A stretch of 64,000 nucleotides of DNA from Candidatus Heimdallarchaeum aukensis (GCA_021513695.1 CP084166.1:1600001-1664000); one strand, 5' to 3'; shown: positions 39,947-49,319, counted from the first letter of the stretch. The notes: a model not told the origin generated them from the sequence alone. Translations and numbers: made by a program.

Positions 39947-40010
39947 GAAATAGATAGTATTTTTCTTAACTATGAAGTTGAAATAGTATTTTTCTTAACT
40001 ATGAGGTTGA
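39947..40010. repeat. tandem direct repeat, 2 x about 31 nt (tagtatttttcttaactatga[a/g]gttgaaat)
   Basis: Two adjacent copies differ by one base, and further GTTGAAA(T) half-motifs lie just upstream. There are no spacers, so this is not a CRISPR. Confidence 0.8.
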
Positions 40011-40059
40011 AATTTTACTTAATTTCTTCAGGACTCTACCCAACCAGTCAATAAACATA

Positions 40060-40205
40060 GCGAAAGTTGTGAAGACTGGCTTAAGAGAAAATGAAAGACA
40101 CAGTCTTAAGTGAGTTCTCTAAGGGGTTCATCTCCTGATCCCGGGCACTCATAACTCCCACATGGAAGACCGGGTGTCGTAGGAATGAAACCTACGTCTT
40201 TAAGC
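40060..40205. ncRNA. candidate structured small RNA (unclassified): GC-rich patch with three local hairpins
   Basis: GC is about 48% in a roughly 30% background. Hairpins are AGACTG(40073-78)/CAGTCT(40101-06), CCCGG(40140-44)/CCGGG(40170-74) and GTCGTAGG-aatgaaa-CCTACGTC (40177-40199). No ORF is present, and the patch lies in a 670-nt intergenic gap. I could not fold it into a tRNA cloverleaf or match SRP/RNase P motifs. Confidence 0.25.
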
Positions 40206-40304
40206 ATATAGCTCAAGACAATAGATAAATGATAATTGAATATATAAAGACAGCGGAAAAGTTGTAACACTCCCCAATATCGTAAATTATTTATTAATAC
40301 AAAT

Positions 40305-40964
40305 GTGTTTCTGGTTGTTATTGGTCTAATAACTCCACAAACTAAAAATTTAGTTTTTTACGAAAAAAGTATTTCATGGAGAAAAGATCCACTGTATCAA
40401 GAAGTGAAAAAGACTTTTATTTGGACTATACCTATATTACAACTTTATAACGTTTATCTTTTTGTATTTGCTTTTCGTACAGAATTAAAAGCAGATCAAT
40501 CTATTCCTTGTGTTATCGATATTTTAGTACTAATAACTTTAACTTCGTGGCAGCTCATTTCTGACATAAGCAAAAAGTTGAAGGAGAAAAAACTGATAGT
40601 TAACCAAAGAAAGTTGATACTTTACTTATATTTCATATATACAACAACTATATACAGCAACGTCATCACTTCATTCTTCGGAGAAACTGAGGTTTTTAAT
40701 TACTGGGTTGCAGTTTTTACAGGACTTGGTATAATAGTAACTTTTGTTAGTGTAACTAGAGAAATAGGAAGAAAATATGGAGCAATAAACGTTAATTTAT
40801 TTTCATTTATGTTTAACACAATCAAATATTCAAAAGAAATTAAAAAAGATAGCATAAACCTATGTTCAAATTGTAATTCCCCAATAAAAATATCTGACAA
40901 ATTTTGTGGTCATTGTGGTCTTAAACTAGAAAAGCATGTAGAAACTAATTCTTCTAATATATAA
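40305..40964 (+). CDS. membrane protein with C-terminal zinc-ribbon (GTG start)
   Basis: About 4 TM helices are followed by CSNCNSPIKISDKFCGHCGLKL (CxxC-x11-CxxC). Confidence 0.35.
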   Translation: MFLVVIGLITPQTKNLVFYEKSISWRKDPLYQEVKKTFIWTIPILQLYNVYLFVFAFRTELKADQSIPCVIDILVLITLTSWQLISDISKKLKEKKLIVNQRKLILYLYFIYTTTIYSNVITSFFGETEVFNYWVAVFTGLGIIVTFVSVTREIGRKYGAINVNLFSFMFNTIKYSKEIKKDSINLCSNCNSPIKISDKFCGHCGLKLEKHVETNSSNI

Positions 40965-41067
40965 AAAAGCCTAACTAATCTTTAATAAATACTAATTTAT
41001 TCTTTTTCAAATTAATAAAAATCTTAAAGAAAGTTTAAATATTGATTACGGAATCCTATTTGGTGAT

Positions 41068-41994
41068 TTGTTGTCTCGTTTCAAGATATTTATAATAAAT
41101 TGCTTACCAGATTTTGCAGTTTATTTCTTTGCAAAGCCTTATCTTGGTGGAAATAGTTTGGAGGAGGGAATTAACAAGGCTAAATTACTTTGGAAAAAAG
41201 GTTTATCCTCAACTATTGATATGCTTGGAGAAGATTTGAAAAGTAAAGAAGAAGTCGAGCATGCTATTGGTGTTTATTTAAAAGCTATTGATAGAGTAAA
41301 TGAAGAACAAATGCAAGATTATGCTTCAATTTCTGTTAAACCTTCATCTCTCGGGTACTTAGTATCAGAGGACTATTACATTAAAAACTTAGAAAAAGTT
41401 GTTTCTTATGCTTCAGAAAAGGGAATTGAAATAACAATTGACATGGAAGATCATAACTATACAGACATTACACTGAAATCATATAAATTATTAAAACCAA
41501 AATATCCTCTTTTAGGTACTGTACTTCAAACTAGATTATTCAGAACAGAGAGAGATATCGAAGAATTAGGAGACATTAATGCGAGGATACGATTATGTAT
41601 TGGTATATACAGAGAACCAAAAGAAATTGCTTATACAAATAAAAAACTGATGAAAGAGCGTTTGATAGCTTTTGCACAAGAACTTATTTCCAATAATCAT
41701 TATGTTGCCTTTGCGACACATGATGAGAAATATATTAGACGGATGCTCTCTATTGTCGATGAAAAAGGTTTAACAAAGGATCAAATTGAATTTCAAATGC
41801 TTCTTGGGGTACCGAGAAGGAAGATACAAAAAGAAATCATTGAACGAGGTTTTGTCATGCGACTTTATGTGCCTTTTGCAGAAGAGAAAAAATATTCTAT
41901 CGCTTATTTACGTAGAAGGCTTTACGAAAACCCATTCATGGTATTCTCTGTTTTGAAAAATATTTTCAGAACAATTTTTAAATTTGGAAATTAA
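41068..41994 (+). CDS. proline dehydrogenase (PutA PRODH-domain family, monofunctional)
   Basis: YLGGNSLEEGI...IDMLGED, ISVKPSSLG and the C-terminal RLYVPFAEE...YLRRRLYENP match the hallmark blocks of bacterial/archaeal PRODH. The start is TTG. Confidence 0.7.
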   Translation: MLSRFKIFIINCLPDFAVYFFAKPYLGGNSLEEGINKAKLLWKKGLSSTIDMLGEDLKSKEEVEHAIGVYLKAIDRVNEEQMQDYASISVKPSSLGYLVSEDYYIKNLEKVVSYASEKGIEITIDMEDHNYTDITLKSYKLLKPKYPLLGTVLQTRLFRTERDIEELGDINARIRLCIGIYREPKEIAYTNKKLMKERLIAFAQELISNNHYVAFATHDEKYIRRMLSIVDEKGLTKDQIEFQMLLGVPRRKIQKEIIERGFVMRLYVPFAEEKKYSIAYLRRRLYENPFMVFSVLKNIFRTIFKFGN

Positions 41995-42035
41995 ATTTAG
42001 GAAAAATTTTTTTACACCTCTTCTATTTTTATTTA

Positions 42036-43127
42036 ATGATATGGACATCATTAGTTTACATTACCTCTGCAATTTTCATCTTATTAATTGTAATTGTTAC
42101 AATGTTGAAATACAAATTCCAGATGTCTAGTCAAGCCTTTTATTATTTTCTTTCAATGTTGATTTTTTTGATTATATGGTTTATCACTGATTTGGGCTTA
42201 ATTATAGCAAGTAACTCAAGAGATTCCGATTCTGCTAGATTTTTTTCCAAATTAGGTACAACATTCAGCATGATCGCGATGATATCTGTAATTTTTTATA
42301 CACAATTTTTAACTTCTAAAGAGTTTTTCAACTCTCCACATATTGTTATTTCGTCGTTTTTACTTGGAGGTGTTATTGCCCTTACTTTGTCTCCTGTATA
42401 TGATGTCCAAGAAGCAATTGTAGATCCTACAAATATTTTTTATATTGCAAAAGTAAATACATCATGGTTTGTTTTTGATACAGCATTACCATTATACGCA
42501 GGTTGCTTGCTGATTTATTACTTAACTAGACAAAAAAAGATTGTTCCAGAGAGACATAATTCAGCTCTAAATTTGATGATCATTGGGACAATAATAGCTT
42601 TTTTTGGGACAATAACAATTTTTGTTTCTCGAAAGGTAGTATTCATTATTTTTAACAAAATTATTTTACTTCATGTTGAATTATTAGCTGTAGCTATTGG
42701 AGCAGTTATAATGCTTATAGCAACCATTCAAGGAGGAGTAAAAACTTTCTACTATTCATCCAAGATTCATTCACTCCATATTTATGATAATATGGGGATG
42801 GATATTTACACTGCCACTTTTGAAACAAAAAGAAACGTATCAACTGGATTTATACCTGGTGTAACAAGCGCCATTTCTGTTTTTGCTACAGATTTAATCG
42901 GCAAAGATGTGAAACCTAAAGAAATATCCTTTGGGGAGTATTCGTTAATGATTGAATCTTATGGAGAAATAAATTGTTTTGTTTGTGTTGAGTATCCAAC
43001 AATAAATTTCAGAAAAGGGATACAAAATTTAATCAAACAAATTAAAGTAAACCAGTCACATCAGGAAATTTCTGAATTGATAGAAGAAATTTTAGCAATT
43101 ACCCCGATTTACCAAAAAAAACTTTAG
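42036..43127 (+). CDS. polytopic membrane protein (about 7 TM) with a C-terminal soluble alpha/beta domain, hypothetical
   Basis: Hydrophobic helices run through about aa 230, followed by about 130 aa of soluble sequence with alternating beta/alpha pattern. Confidence 0.4.
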   Translation: MIWTSLVYITSAIFILLIVIVTMLKYKFQMSSQAFYYFLSMLIFLIIWFITDLGLIIASNSRDSDSARFFSKLGTTFSMIAMISVIFYTQFLTSKEFFNSPHIVISSFLLGGVIALTLSPVYDVQEAIVDPTNIFYIAKVNTSWFVFDTALPLYAGCLLIYYLTRQKKIVPERHNSALNLMIIGTIIAFFGTITIFVSRKVVFIIFNKIILLHVELLAVAIGAVIMLIATIQGGVKTFYYSSKIHSLHIYDNMGMDIYTATFETKRNVSTGFIPGVTSAISVFATDLIGKDVKPKEISFGEYSLMIESYGEINCFVCVEYPTINFRKGIQNLIKQIKVNQSHQEISELIEEILAITPIYQKKL

Positions 43128-43142
43128 TTTGATATGAAGTTT

Positions 43143-43679
43143 TTACTGTTTATTAAAAAATAGTTTAGATTCTTGCATTAGAAGTTTTTTCTTAAGTTCG
43201 ACTCCACCTTCTGATGAAAAATTACCTGGTTTTCCATTAGATAAAATCACCCTATGACAAGGAATAATTGGAGCAAAGCGGTTTTTGGCCATCACATTTC
43301 CAACAAATCTTGCTGCGTTAGGCAATCCTGCTAATTTAGCCAATTCTCCATAAGAAACTGTTTTTCCTACTGGAACTTTGAGCAGTGCCTTTAATACCTT
43401 AATTTCTTTATTTGTGTAACCAGAAAAATCAAATTCGATCTTTGGAATATTATAATTTACACCGTTTACTATGTTATTTATTGCTTTGATTATTGGATGT
43501 TCATCTTCAATAACCTCAACATCACAATTACATTTTGACTTTAAATGAGATAGAAGTTTTTCTTTCGTTGGAAAATTATAAGTAGAATAGAACAATCTAT
43601 TATTTCTAAGAATTATTCCAGTCCAAGTTTTTTCACTTTTTGAGATTATAAGTTGCATATCAATATTAGGAGTATCCAC
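43143..43679 (-). CDS. ogt: methylated-DNA-protein-cysteine methyltransferase
   Basis: The PCHRV active-site motif (IIPCHRVI) and the preceding HTH (VSYGELAKLAGLPNAARFVGNVM) are present. Confidence 0.8.
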   Translation of the reverse strand: MDTPNIDMQLIISKSEKTWTGIILRNNRLFYSTYNFPTKEKLLSHLKSKCNCDVEVIEDEHPIIKAINNIVNGVNYNIPKIEFDFSGYTNKEIKVLKALLKVPVGKTVSYGELAKLAGLPNAARFVGNVMAKNRFAPIIPCHRVILSNGKPGNFSSEGGVELKKKLLMQESKLFFNKQ

Positions 43680-43750
43680 ATATAATTAAGATTATTGGAA
43701 TAAAAAAAGAAAAAAAATAATAGACAATAGTATCCAAAATCGATACTTAT

Positions 43751-44563
43751 TTATTTTTCTTTATTTATATTTTCGAGCATTTTTGTTACAATTTCACCAA
43801 AAACGCTTTTAGTCAAATCATCTAATTTCACAGCAGGTTTTCCTGTATCTCCTGCTTCACATATTTTTGGAATTAGTGGAACTGCACCTAAAAATGGAAT
43901 ATTAAGCATCTTGGCTACGTTTTTTCCTCCATCTTTAGCAAAGATATAGGTAATATTTCCACAGTGTTCACACTTGAAACCACTCATATTTTCAACAATT
44001 CCTAAGATTGGAGTATTAGTAACATTTGCAAAGTTGATAGATTTTCTTACATCGAGCAAAGATACTGCTTGTGGAGTAGTAACAACCACCATTCCATTCA
44101 AATCTTTAATTGTTTGTACGATTGATAAGGGCTCATCACTACTTCCTGGAGGTAGATCAACAATTAGAAAATCTAGTTCTCCCCACGCAACATCTCCAAT
44201 AAGTTGTTTTAGACCTTTAATTTTTAAGGGGCCTCGCCAAATGATAGCTTTGCTTTTATCTTCAAGTAAGAACTCCATAGAAACAACTTTAACATTTCCT
44301 GCTTCTATTGGAAGAATTTTGTTTCCGTCAGACATTAATTGCTCATTTTCTACTCCAAGCATTAAAGGTACATTAGGTCCTGTAATGTCTGCGTCAAGAA
44401 TACCTACTTTATATCCTTTATCTGCTAAGGTTTGAGCAATATTAACAGTAACAGTCGTTTTCCCTGTTCCCCCTTTTCCACTCAAAACAGCTATCTTATA
44501 TTTGATCTTGCTGAGTGTTTCCTCAATTTTTTGATCTTCTTCAGATTTTAATTTTAGTTCCAT
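43751..44563 (-). CDS. Mrp/NBP35/ApbC-family Fe-S cluster carrier ATPase
   Basis: The deviant Walker A reads VLSGKGGTGKTTV, and the CxxC pair reads FKCEHCGN. Confidence 0.8.
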   Translation of the reverse strand: MELKLKSEEDQKIEETLSKIKYKIAVLSGKGGTGKTTVTVNIAQTLADKGYKVGILDADITGPNVPLMLGVENEQLMSDGNKILPIEAGNVKVVSMEFLLEDKSKAIIWRGPLKIKGLKQLIGDVAWGELDFLIVDLPPGSSDEPLSIVQTIKDLNGMVVVTTPQAVSLLDVRKSINFANVTNTPILGIVENMSGFKCEHCGNITYIFAKDGGKNVAKMLNIPFLGAVPLIPKICEAGDTGKPAVKLDDLTKSVFGEIVTKMLENINKEK

Positions 44564-44738
44564 TTTAAACCCTTCTTTTCGTTATGAAAAACAAATAAAT
44601 AATTTAAAAACAATTTGATTCATCAATTTTTTTTAAATTTTTGGAGCAAATTAGGTAAAAACTGAAAACTTAGTACGTATTTGAAGACTTTAGTGTTTGC
44701 TAAAATTGCGAATAAAAAAGAAAAAATTTGATTAAGAC

Positions 44739-45893
44739 TTACTTTAACTTCTCTGTAGATTTAAAGTCTCTATACAATGATAATTCATCAAGAATTCTTT
44801 TATCATCAGAAGTAAGTTCATCTGTTACTAATCTAGACAATAGTTCACCAAGCCCAGGCCCCAACATAAAGCCTTGACCACACATTCCAACAGCGTTAAT
44901 ATATCCTTTAACATCTTTTACTGGTCCAACAATGGGACTACCATCTGGTGTCATAGGATAAATACCTCTCCAAGTGCGACGCATTTTCAGATGTTTAGTT
45001 CTCGGTAATAATTCAATCATTCGTTGTGCAGCTTGAGGTAAAAAGACGGATGTTTCTCTACAATCAGTTCCTGGAATTAAAGGATTTGGTGTTAAACACA
45101 GTATAAATTGACCTTGTTTATTTTGATAGAAATAGAAATTTTTTGTTCCAGGACGACCACGTATGTCGACTACTAAGGGTTTAACGAATTTTTTTACAGG
45201 TTCAGTTATACCTGATTCATGTGAATCTGGATAAATAGGAAGATCTATTCCAACCATTTTTCCTATCTTAGATGCTTCAGAACCTGCAGTATTTATAACA
45301 AACTCTGTTTCATAAACACCTTTATCAGTTTCAACTTGTTTTACTTGTCCTTTTTCTGTCTTTATGGTAGTAACTGTTTCCTCAAAAAAGAAATCTGCTC
45401 CTTCTCTTTTTGCAGCATCATAAAATGCGTAGGAACAAAGAATAGGTGATGCAGTTCCATCTTCAGGTGAATAAGTACCTCCTCTTAATCCTTCTTCTGA
45501 AATACCTGGCACTAACTCTTTTATTTTTTCTTTTGACACCCAGCTAATGTTTAGGCCAGCTTTTTGTTGGACGTTAATAGTCTCTTTCAGCATTTTCTCG
45601 TCTTCTTCTGTATAAGCAACGAACACGTACCCTCCTTGTTCCCATTCAATATCGTGCCCATATGTCTCTTTCCAACTAGAAAAAATACGAATTGAATCAA
45701 GACAAATCTTTATTTTAGCAAAACTAGAATGTGTTGCTCTAATACCCCCTATTGCACGTTTATTCTGTCCTTGTCCTGTAGCAGCGTTACTCTCAATCAC
45801 TGCAACCTTTAATCCTTTTTTTGCTATTGACAAAGCAGTGGGGACTCCTACACTTCCTCCACCTATAATTACAACATCATACTTTTTGTTCAT
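44739..45893 (-). CDS. FAD-dependent oxidoreductase, sarcosine oxidase beta / HcnC / dye-linked L-proline dehydrogenase beta-like
   Basis: The N-terminal dinucleotide fold reads YDVVIIGGGSVGVPTA. The size is DAO-family (384 aa). It abuts the alpha-like gene, with stop and start adjacent at 45893/45894. Confidence 0.7.
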   Translation of the reverse strand: MNKKYDVVIIGGGSVGVPTALSIAKKGLKVAVIESNAATGQGQNKRAIGGIRATHSSFAKIKICLDSIRIFSSWKETYGHDIEWEQGGYVFVAYTEEDEKMLKETINVQQKAGLNISWVSKEKIKELVPGISEEGLRGGTYSPEDGTASPILCSYAFYDAAKREGADFFFEETVTTIKTEKGQVKQVETDKGVYETEFVINTAGSEASKIGKMVGIDLPIYPDSHESGITEPVKKFVKPLVVDIRGRPGTKNFYFYQNKQGQFILCLTPNPLIPGTDCRETSVFLPQAAQRMIELLPRTKHLKMRRTWRGIYPMTPDGSPIVGPVKDVKGYINAVGMCGQGFMLGPGLGELLSRLVTDELTSDDKRILDELSLYRDFKSTEKLK

Positions 45894-47975
45894 CTAGTTC
45901 TCCTCCTTTGAAGAAAAATTCTTTAGAGGTACTTCAACAAATAGTGGCCTTTTTGAAGATGGTTTATATTCTCCCCTCGTATAGCCTTCTTCTCTGTAAA
46001 TTCGTTCAATTAGTGAAGAACAAGTTTTACCTCCACACGCACCTAAACCTGCACGGGTGATCGCCTTTAATTCATTCATATCTTTTACACCAGAACGGAT
46101 ATATTTTCTTACCTCTCCTGCAGTAACCCTTTCACACCGACATACATAAGCATCATCAGGAATAATCGTTCCATAATATTTATCCTCAACATTATGTGCT
46201 ATAATGTTTTGTACTTTAAATGACATTGCTTTCCACGCAATTTCTTTTGGAACCTGAAGTTCAACCAATTTTGTTGCTGGATATTTTCTTAACTCTCTAA
46301 CTTTATTGACACTAAATTTCCCGAGTTCATTTCCGTCCTCATCAACGAGCACTAAAGTATCGCCTTGGTTTACTTCAGTAAATATTTCACAAGGAAGCGT
46401 TATAGTTGGGTTTTCATTATCATTTCTGAAATCAACAAGTGTAATCGCTAATCCTGGGCAAATTGCAACACACTGAGCACAACCTATACATTTATCCTCT
46501 GTATCTATAAATTTAGGAATACCTAAAATTCCTCCTTCTTCAATTTTTATTAGATTCTTTGGACAAACTGACGTACAAGGATTGCAAGGAATCTCTTGGT
46601 TACAGTGGATAATTGGATAAACTCCACTTGTCGAGTTGGGTTTTTCTCTCTCAAATATTTTTCCAGGATGACTCTTTAGAATTGCTTCTTTTTCTCTCCA
46701 TTCTTCTGGAATACTCTCATTTGTAAAGCCTAAAGATCTAGCTATTTCAACACCAGCAATTTTTCCCCCAAACATTGCGGCTGAAGCTTCAGCTATTTCT
46801 TTTGCATCTCCAGCAGACCAAACATCAAACCCATATTCTTTAGCTTTGAGATAAAATTCATTAACAGGGTTTAACCCAACAGCTATAAGTATTGTATCAA
46901 CATCAAAAGTCTTTTCTGTTCCATCTATTGGCTTAAAGTTCTCGTCTATCTCTGCAATTGTTATAGACTCTACTCTCTCTTCTCCATGTGCAGCCAAAAT
47001 AGTATGGCTTGTGAAGATAGGAACTCCAAGTCTTCTGAGCTTATCCTCATGAACTTTATACCCACCACAACGGGGTAATGCTTCTACTAAACCAACTACC
47101 TCGATTCCAGCTTGAATTGCATGATATCCAGCAATTAAACCTACATTTCCTCCTCCTACAATAAAAATCCTTTCACTAGTTTTTACTAAATCCCTATTTA
47201 CTAATGTCTGAAAAGCTCCAGCACCATAAACTCCAGGAAGAGTGTTTCCTGGAAAAACTAACATTTTTTCTCTTGCACCTGTAGCTATTAGTAGTTTTTT
47301 TGGTTTTACTAGAATATATTGATCTTTCTTTAATATCCCCACAACTTTATCAGAAAAAACTGCAATTGCTGTACTCTCAAGCCAAACATCTACTTTTTGT
47401 GATGAATTAATTTGATCAGCTAATATATTTCCGATCTGAATCCCTCTTGTTCCAGCAAATGAATCCTTAATGGAACCAAAGAATTTATGCGTTTGAAGGA
47501 CGAGTTTTCCACCTAATTTAGATTTATCATCTACAATTAGAACATTGATATCATATTTTGATAATTCCATTGCCGCAGACAATCCTGCAGGACCACCACC
47601 TATAATTAAAACATCAGTTTCTATTGTCTTTACGGGTTTCAAATCAATAGGTTCATCATCTTCGGGTAATGATGGTAAGCCTTCTAAACTTTCTATTTTC
47701 ATTCCTTCCTTAAGGGGCGTCATACAAGATTTTACAGCTAAGCCATCCACAATTACAGTGCATTGGGCACATTGACCATTTGCACAAAAAATCCCTTGAG
47801 GGCTTTTATCCTTTTTATGATGACCAAAAATATCTATTCCATTAGCTATTAAAGCAGATGATATCATCTCGTTTTCATAGCCAAACATTTCTTTTGAATT
47901 AAATGTAAAAGAAACTTTCTTTCGTTCAATATTCGTAGGCAAAACAGGGTGTCTAGTAATTCTTCTGTCTGTCAT
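45894..47975 (-). CDS. multidomain flavoprotein: N-terminal 2Fe-2S ferredoxin-like, FAD/NAD(P) oxidoreductase, 4Fe-4S and BFD-like [2Fe-2S] domains (HcnA+HcnB / sarcosine oxidase alpha-like)
   Basis: The N-terminal domain reads CANGQCAQCTV...KSC. The Rossmann fold reads LIIGGGPAGLSAA and a second IFIVGGGNVG. The 4Fe-4S motif reads CIGCAQCVAICP. The BFD-like domain reads CRCERVTAGE...GACGGKTC. Confidence 0.7.
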   Translation of the reverse strand: MTDRRITRHPVLPTNIERKKVSFTFNSKEMFGYENEMISSALIANGIDIFGHHKKDKSPQGIFCANGQCAQCTVIVDGLAVKSCMTPLKEGMKIESLEGLPSLPEDDEPIDLKPVKTIETDVLIIGGGPAGLSAAMELSKYDINVLIVDDKSKLGGKLVLQTHKFFGSIKDSFAGTRGIQIGNILADQINSSQKVDVWLESTAIAVFSDKVVGILKKDQYILVKPKKLLIATGAREKMLVFPGNTLPGVYGAGAFQTLVNRDLVKTSERIFIVGGGNVGLIAGYHAIQAGIEVVGLVEALPRCGGYKVHEDKLRRLGVPIFTSHTILAAHGEERVESITIAEIDENFKPIDGTEKTFDVDTILIAVGLNPVNEFYLKAKEYGFDVWSAGDAKEIAEASAAMFGGKIAGVEIARSLGFTNESIPEEWREKEAILKSHPGKIFEREKPNSTSGVYPIIHCNQEIPCNPCTSVCPKNLIKIEEGGILGIPKFIDTEDKCIGCAQCVAICPGLAITLVDFRNDNENPTITLPCEIFTEVNQGDTLVLVDEDGNELGKFSVNKVRELRKYPATKLVELQVPKEIAWKAMSFKVQNIIAHNVEDKYYGTIIPDDAYVCRCERVTAGEVRKYIRSGVKDMNELKAITRAGLGACGGKTCSSLIERIYREEGYTRGEYKPSSKRPLFVEVPLKNFSSKEEN

Positions 47976-48271
47976 TTTTCTTCCTCACAACAAATCAATG
48001 TTCGTTTTTGTGCACAAATTAATTGTCGAAATCGAATAGTAAATATATAATAATGTTTCTCAACAAGCATTGTTTTCACTTTTTCTAAAATCTTTTTACT
48101 ATAGGTATTAATCTTGGTCGTTTCATTTGACCTTAAGAAGATAGGAATGAAAAATAATAGGTTTTTCCTCTGAAATTAACGGATTTTATAGGTAAAAATA
48201 ATGCAAGAAATAAAGATATAAAATTAATAATCTAATCTATATTTTTTTTCTATATTGGAAGATAATTATTA

Positions 48272-48296
48272 TTACACATAACTTTCAAATGTGTAA
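48272..48296. promoter_or_regulatory. perfect 8-bp-arm palindrome TTACACAT-n9-ATGTGTAA about 50 nt upstream of the MBL-fold gene
   Basis: ttacacat aactttcaa atgtgtaa lies just upstream of an A/T-rich TATA-like ttttaaataaaaa at about 48312-48322. Confidence 0.35.
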
Positions 48297-48342
48297 AACG
48301 TTCTTAAAAAGTTTTAAATAAAAAGTCGTTACATGTTAAGCG

Positions 48343-49200
48343 ATGAGTATTCAAGTAACAAGTGTATATACAAACACAAAAGAACGCAACACTAACTTCA
48401 AAACTGGACACGGTCAGTCATTTTTTATTACAAACCTACAATCAGGTAAGAAAATTCTCTTTGATATTGGAACAAAAGGAGACGACGTTCTTTTTAATAT
48501 GAATCTTTTAGGTATTCACCCAGATGAAGTTGATTTAATTGCATTTTCTCATGGTCATTATGATCATACAAGAGGATTAGAAAGTTTTCTTAAAGTAAGA
48601 AAAAAAGAAATAACTATAATAGGGCATCCAAGCATTATTGAACCCAAAAAACTGAAATTTAAAAAATGGTTTTTCAACGTAAAAATTGATATTGGATTTC
48701 CCAAACTGAAATCATCTCTTAAAAAGAAAATAAAGTTCTTATTTCAAACAGAATTTTATGCAATAACAGACAACATTTTCCTTTCAGGAGAGATTATTAA
48801 TAGAAATGAAAAAGATGGAACAGAAGATAGGTTAATACATCATAATGGCAAAAAATGGGAAAGAGATCCTTTACAAGATGATCAATCACTTATTATTGAA
48901 ACAGATAAAGGACTAGTAATTATCTGTGGTTGTTGTCACTCAGGATTGTTAAATACACTAAACCATGTTAGTCAAACGTTTGAAAACAAAAATATCTATG
49001 CAGTTATCGGGGGAACCCACATGCTAAAATTTAATGAACATGAATTAGAACATATCAGCAAAGTTCTTGTTGAAAAATACAAAAAACCTATACTTTATTT
49101 GAACCATTGTACAGGTAATTTTGCTTTCGATTTCCTTCAGCAAAAACTTGGGAAGGAAACGGTAAAACCGTTCCATACAGGATATAAGCTCTCTTTTTAA
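48343..49200 (+). CDS. MBL-fold metallo-hydrolase
   Basis: The HxHxDH motif reads SHGHYDHTRG, and a later His/Asp motif reads CGCCHSG. Confidence 0.7.
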   Translation: MSIQVTSVYTNTKERNTNFKTGHGQSFFITNLQSGKKILFDIGTKGDDVLFNMNLLGIHPDEVDLIAFSHGHYDHTRGLESFLKVRKKEITIIGHPSIIEPKKLKFKKWFFNVKIDIGFPKLKSSLKKKIKFLFQTEFYAITDNIFLSGEIINRNEKDGTEDRLIHHNGKKWERDPLQDDQSLIIETDKGLVIICGCCHSGLLNTLNHVSQTFENKNIYAVIGGTHMLKFNEHELEHISKVLVEKYKKPILYLNHCTGNFAFDFLQQKLGKETVKPFHTGYKLSF

Positions 49201-49319
49201 TCTATTTCTCTTCTTGCTCTTTGTTTTTGAAACTAAAGAAAGAGTCAAAAATCGTAAAATTTATATATCAGTAATTGGACAGTATTATACAGAAAGTATA
49301 ATACCGAGAGGTGATATAA

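Noticed and set aside
39947-40010. Possible CRISPR array
   Set aside because: There are only two directly abutting repeat units with no spacers and no cas genes nearby, so this is a simple tandem duplication.
40060-40205. tRNA / SRP RNA / RNase P RNA identity for the GC-rich patch
   Set aside because: I could not build an acceptor/T-arm/anticodon cloverleaf on either strand. There is no GTTCRANYC T-loop, no SRP helix-8 AGCAGC/GNAR motif and no RNase P P4 AGGAAAGUCC. It is kept only as an unclassified RNA candidate.
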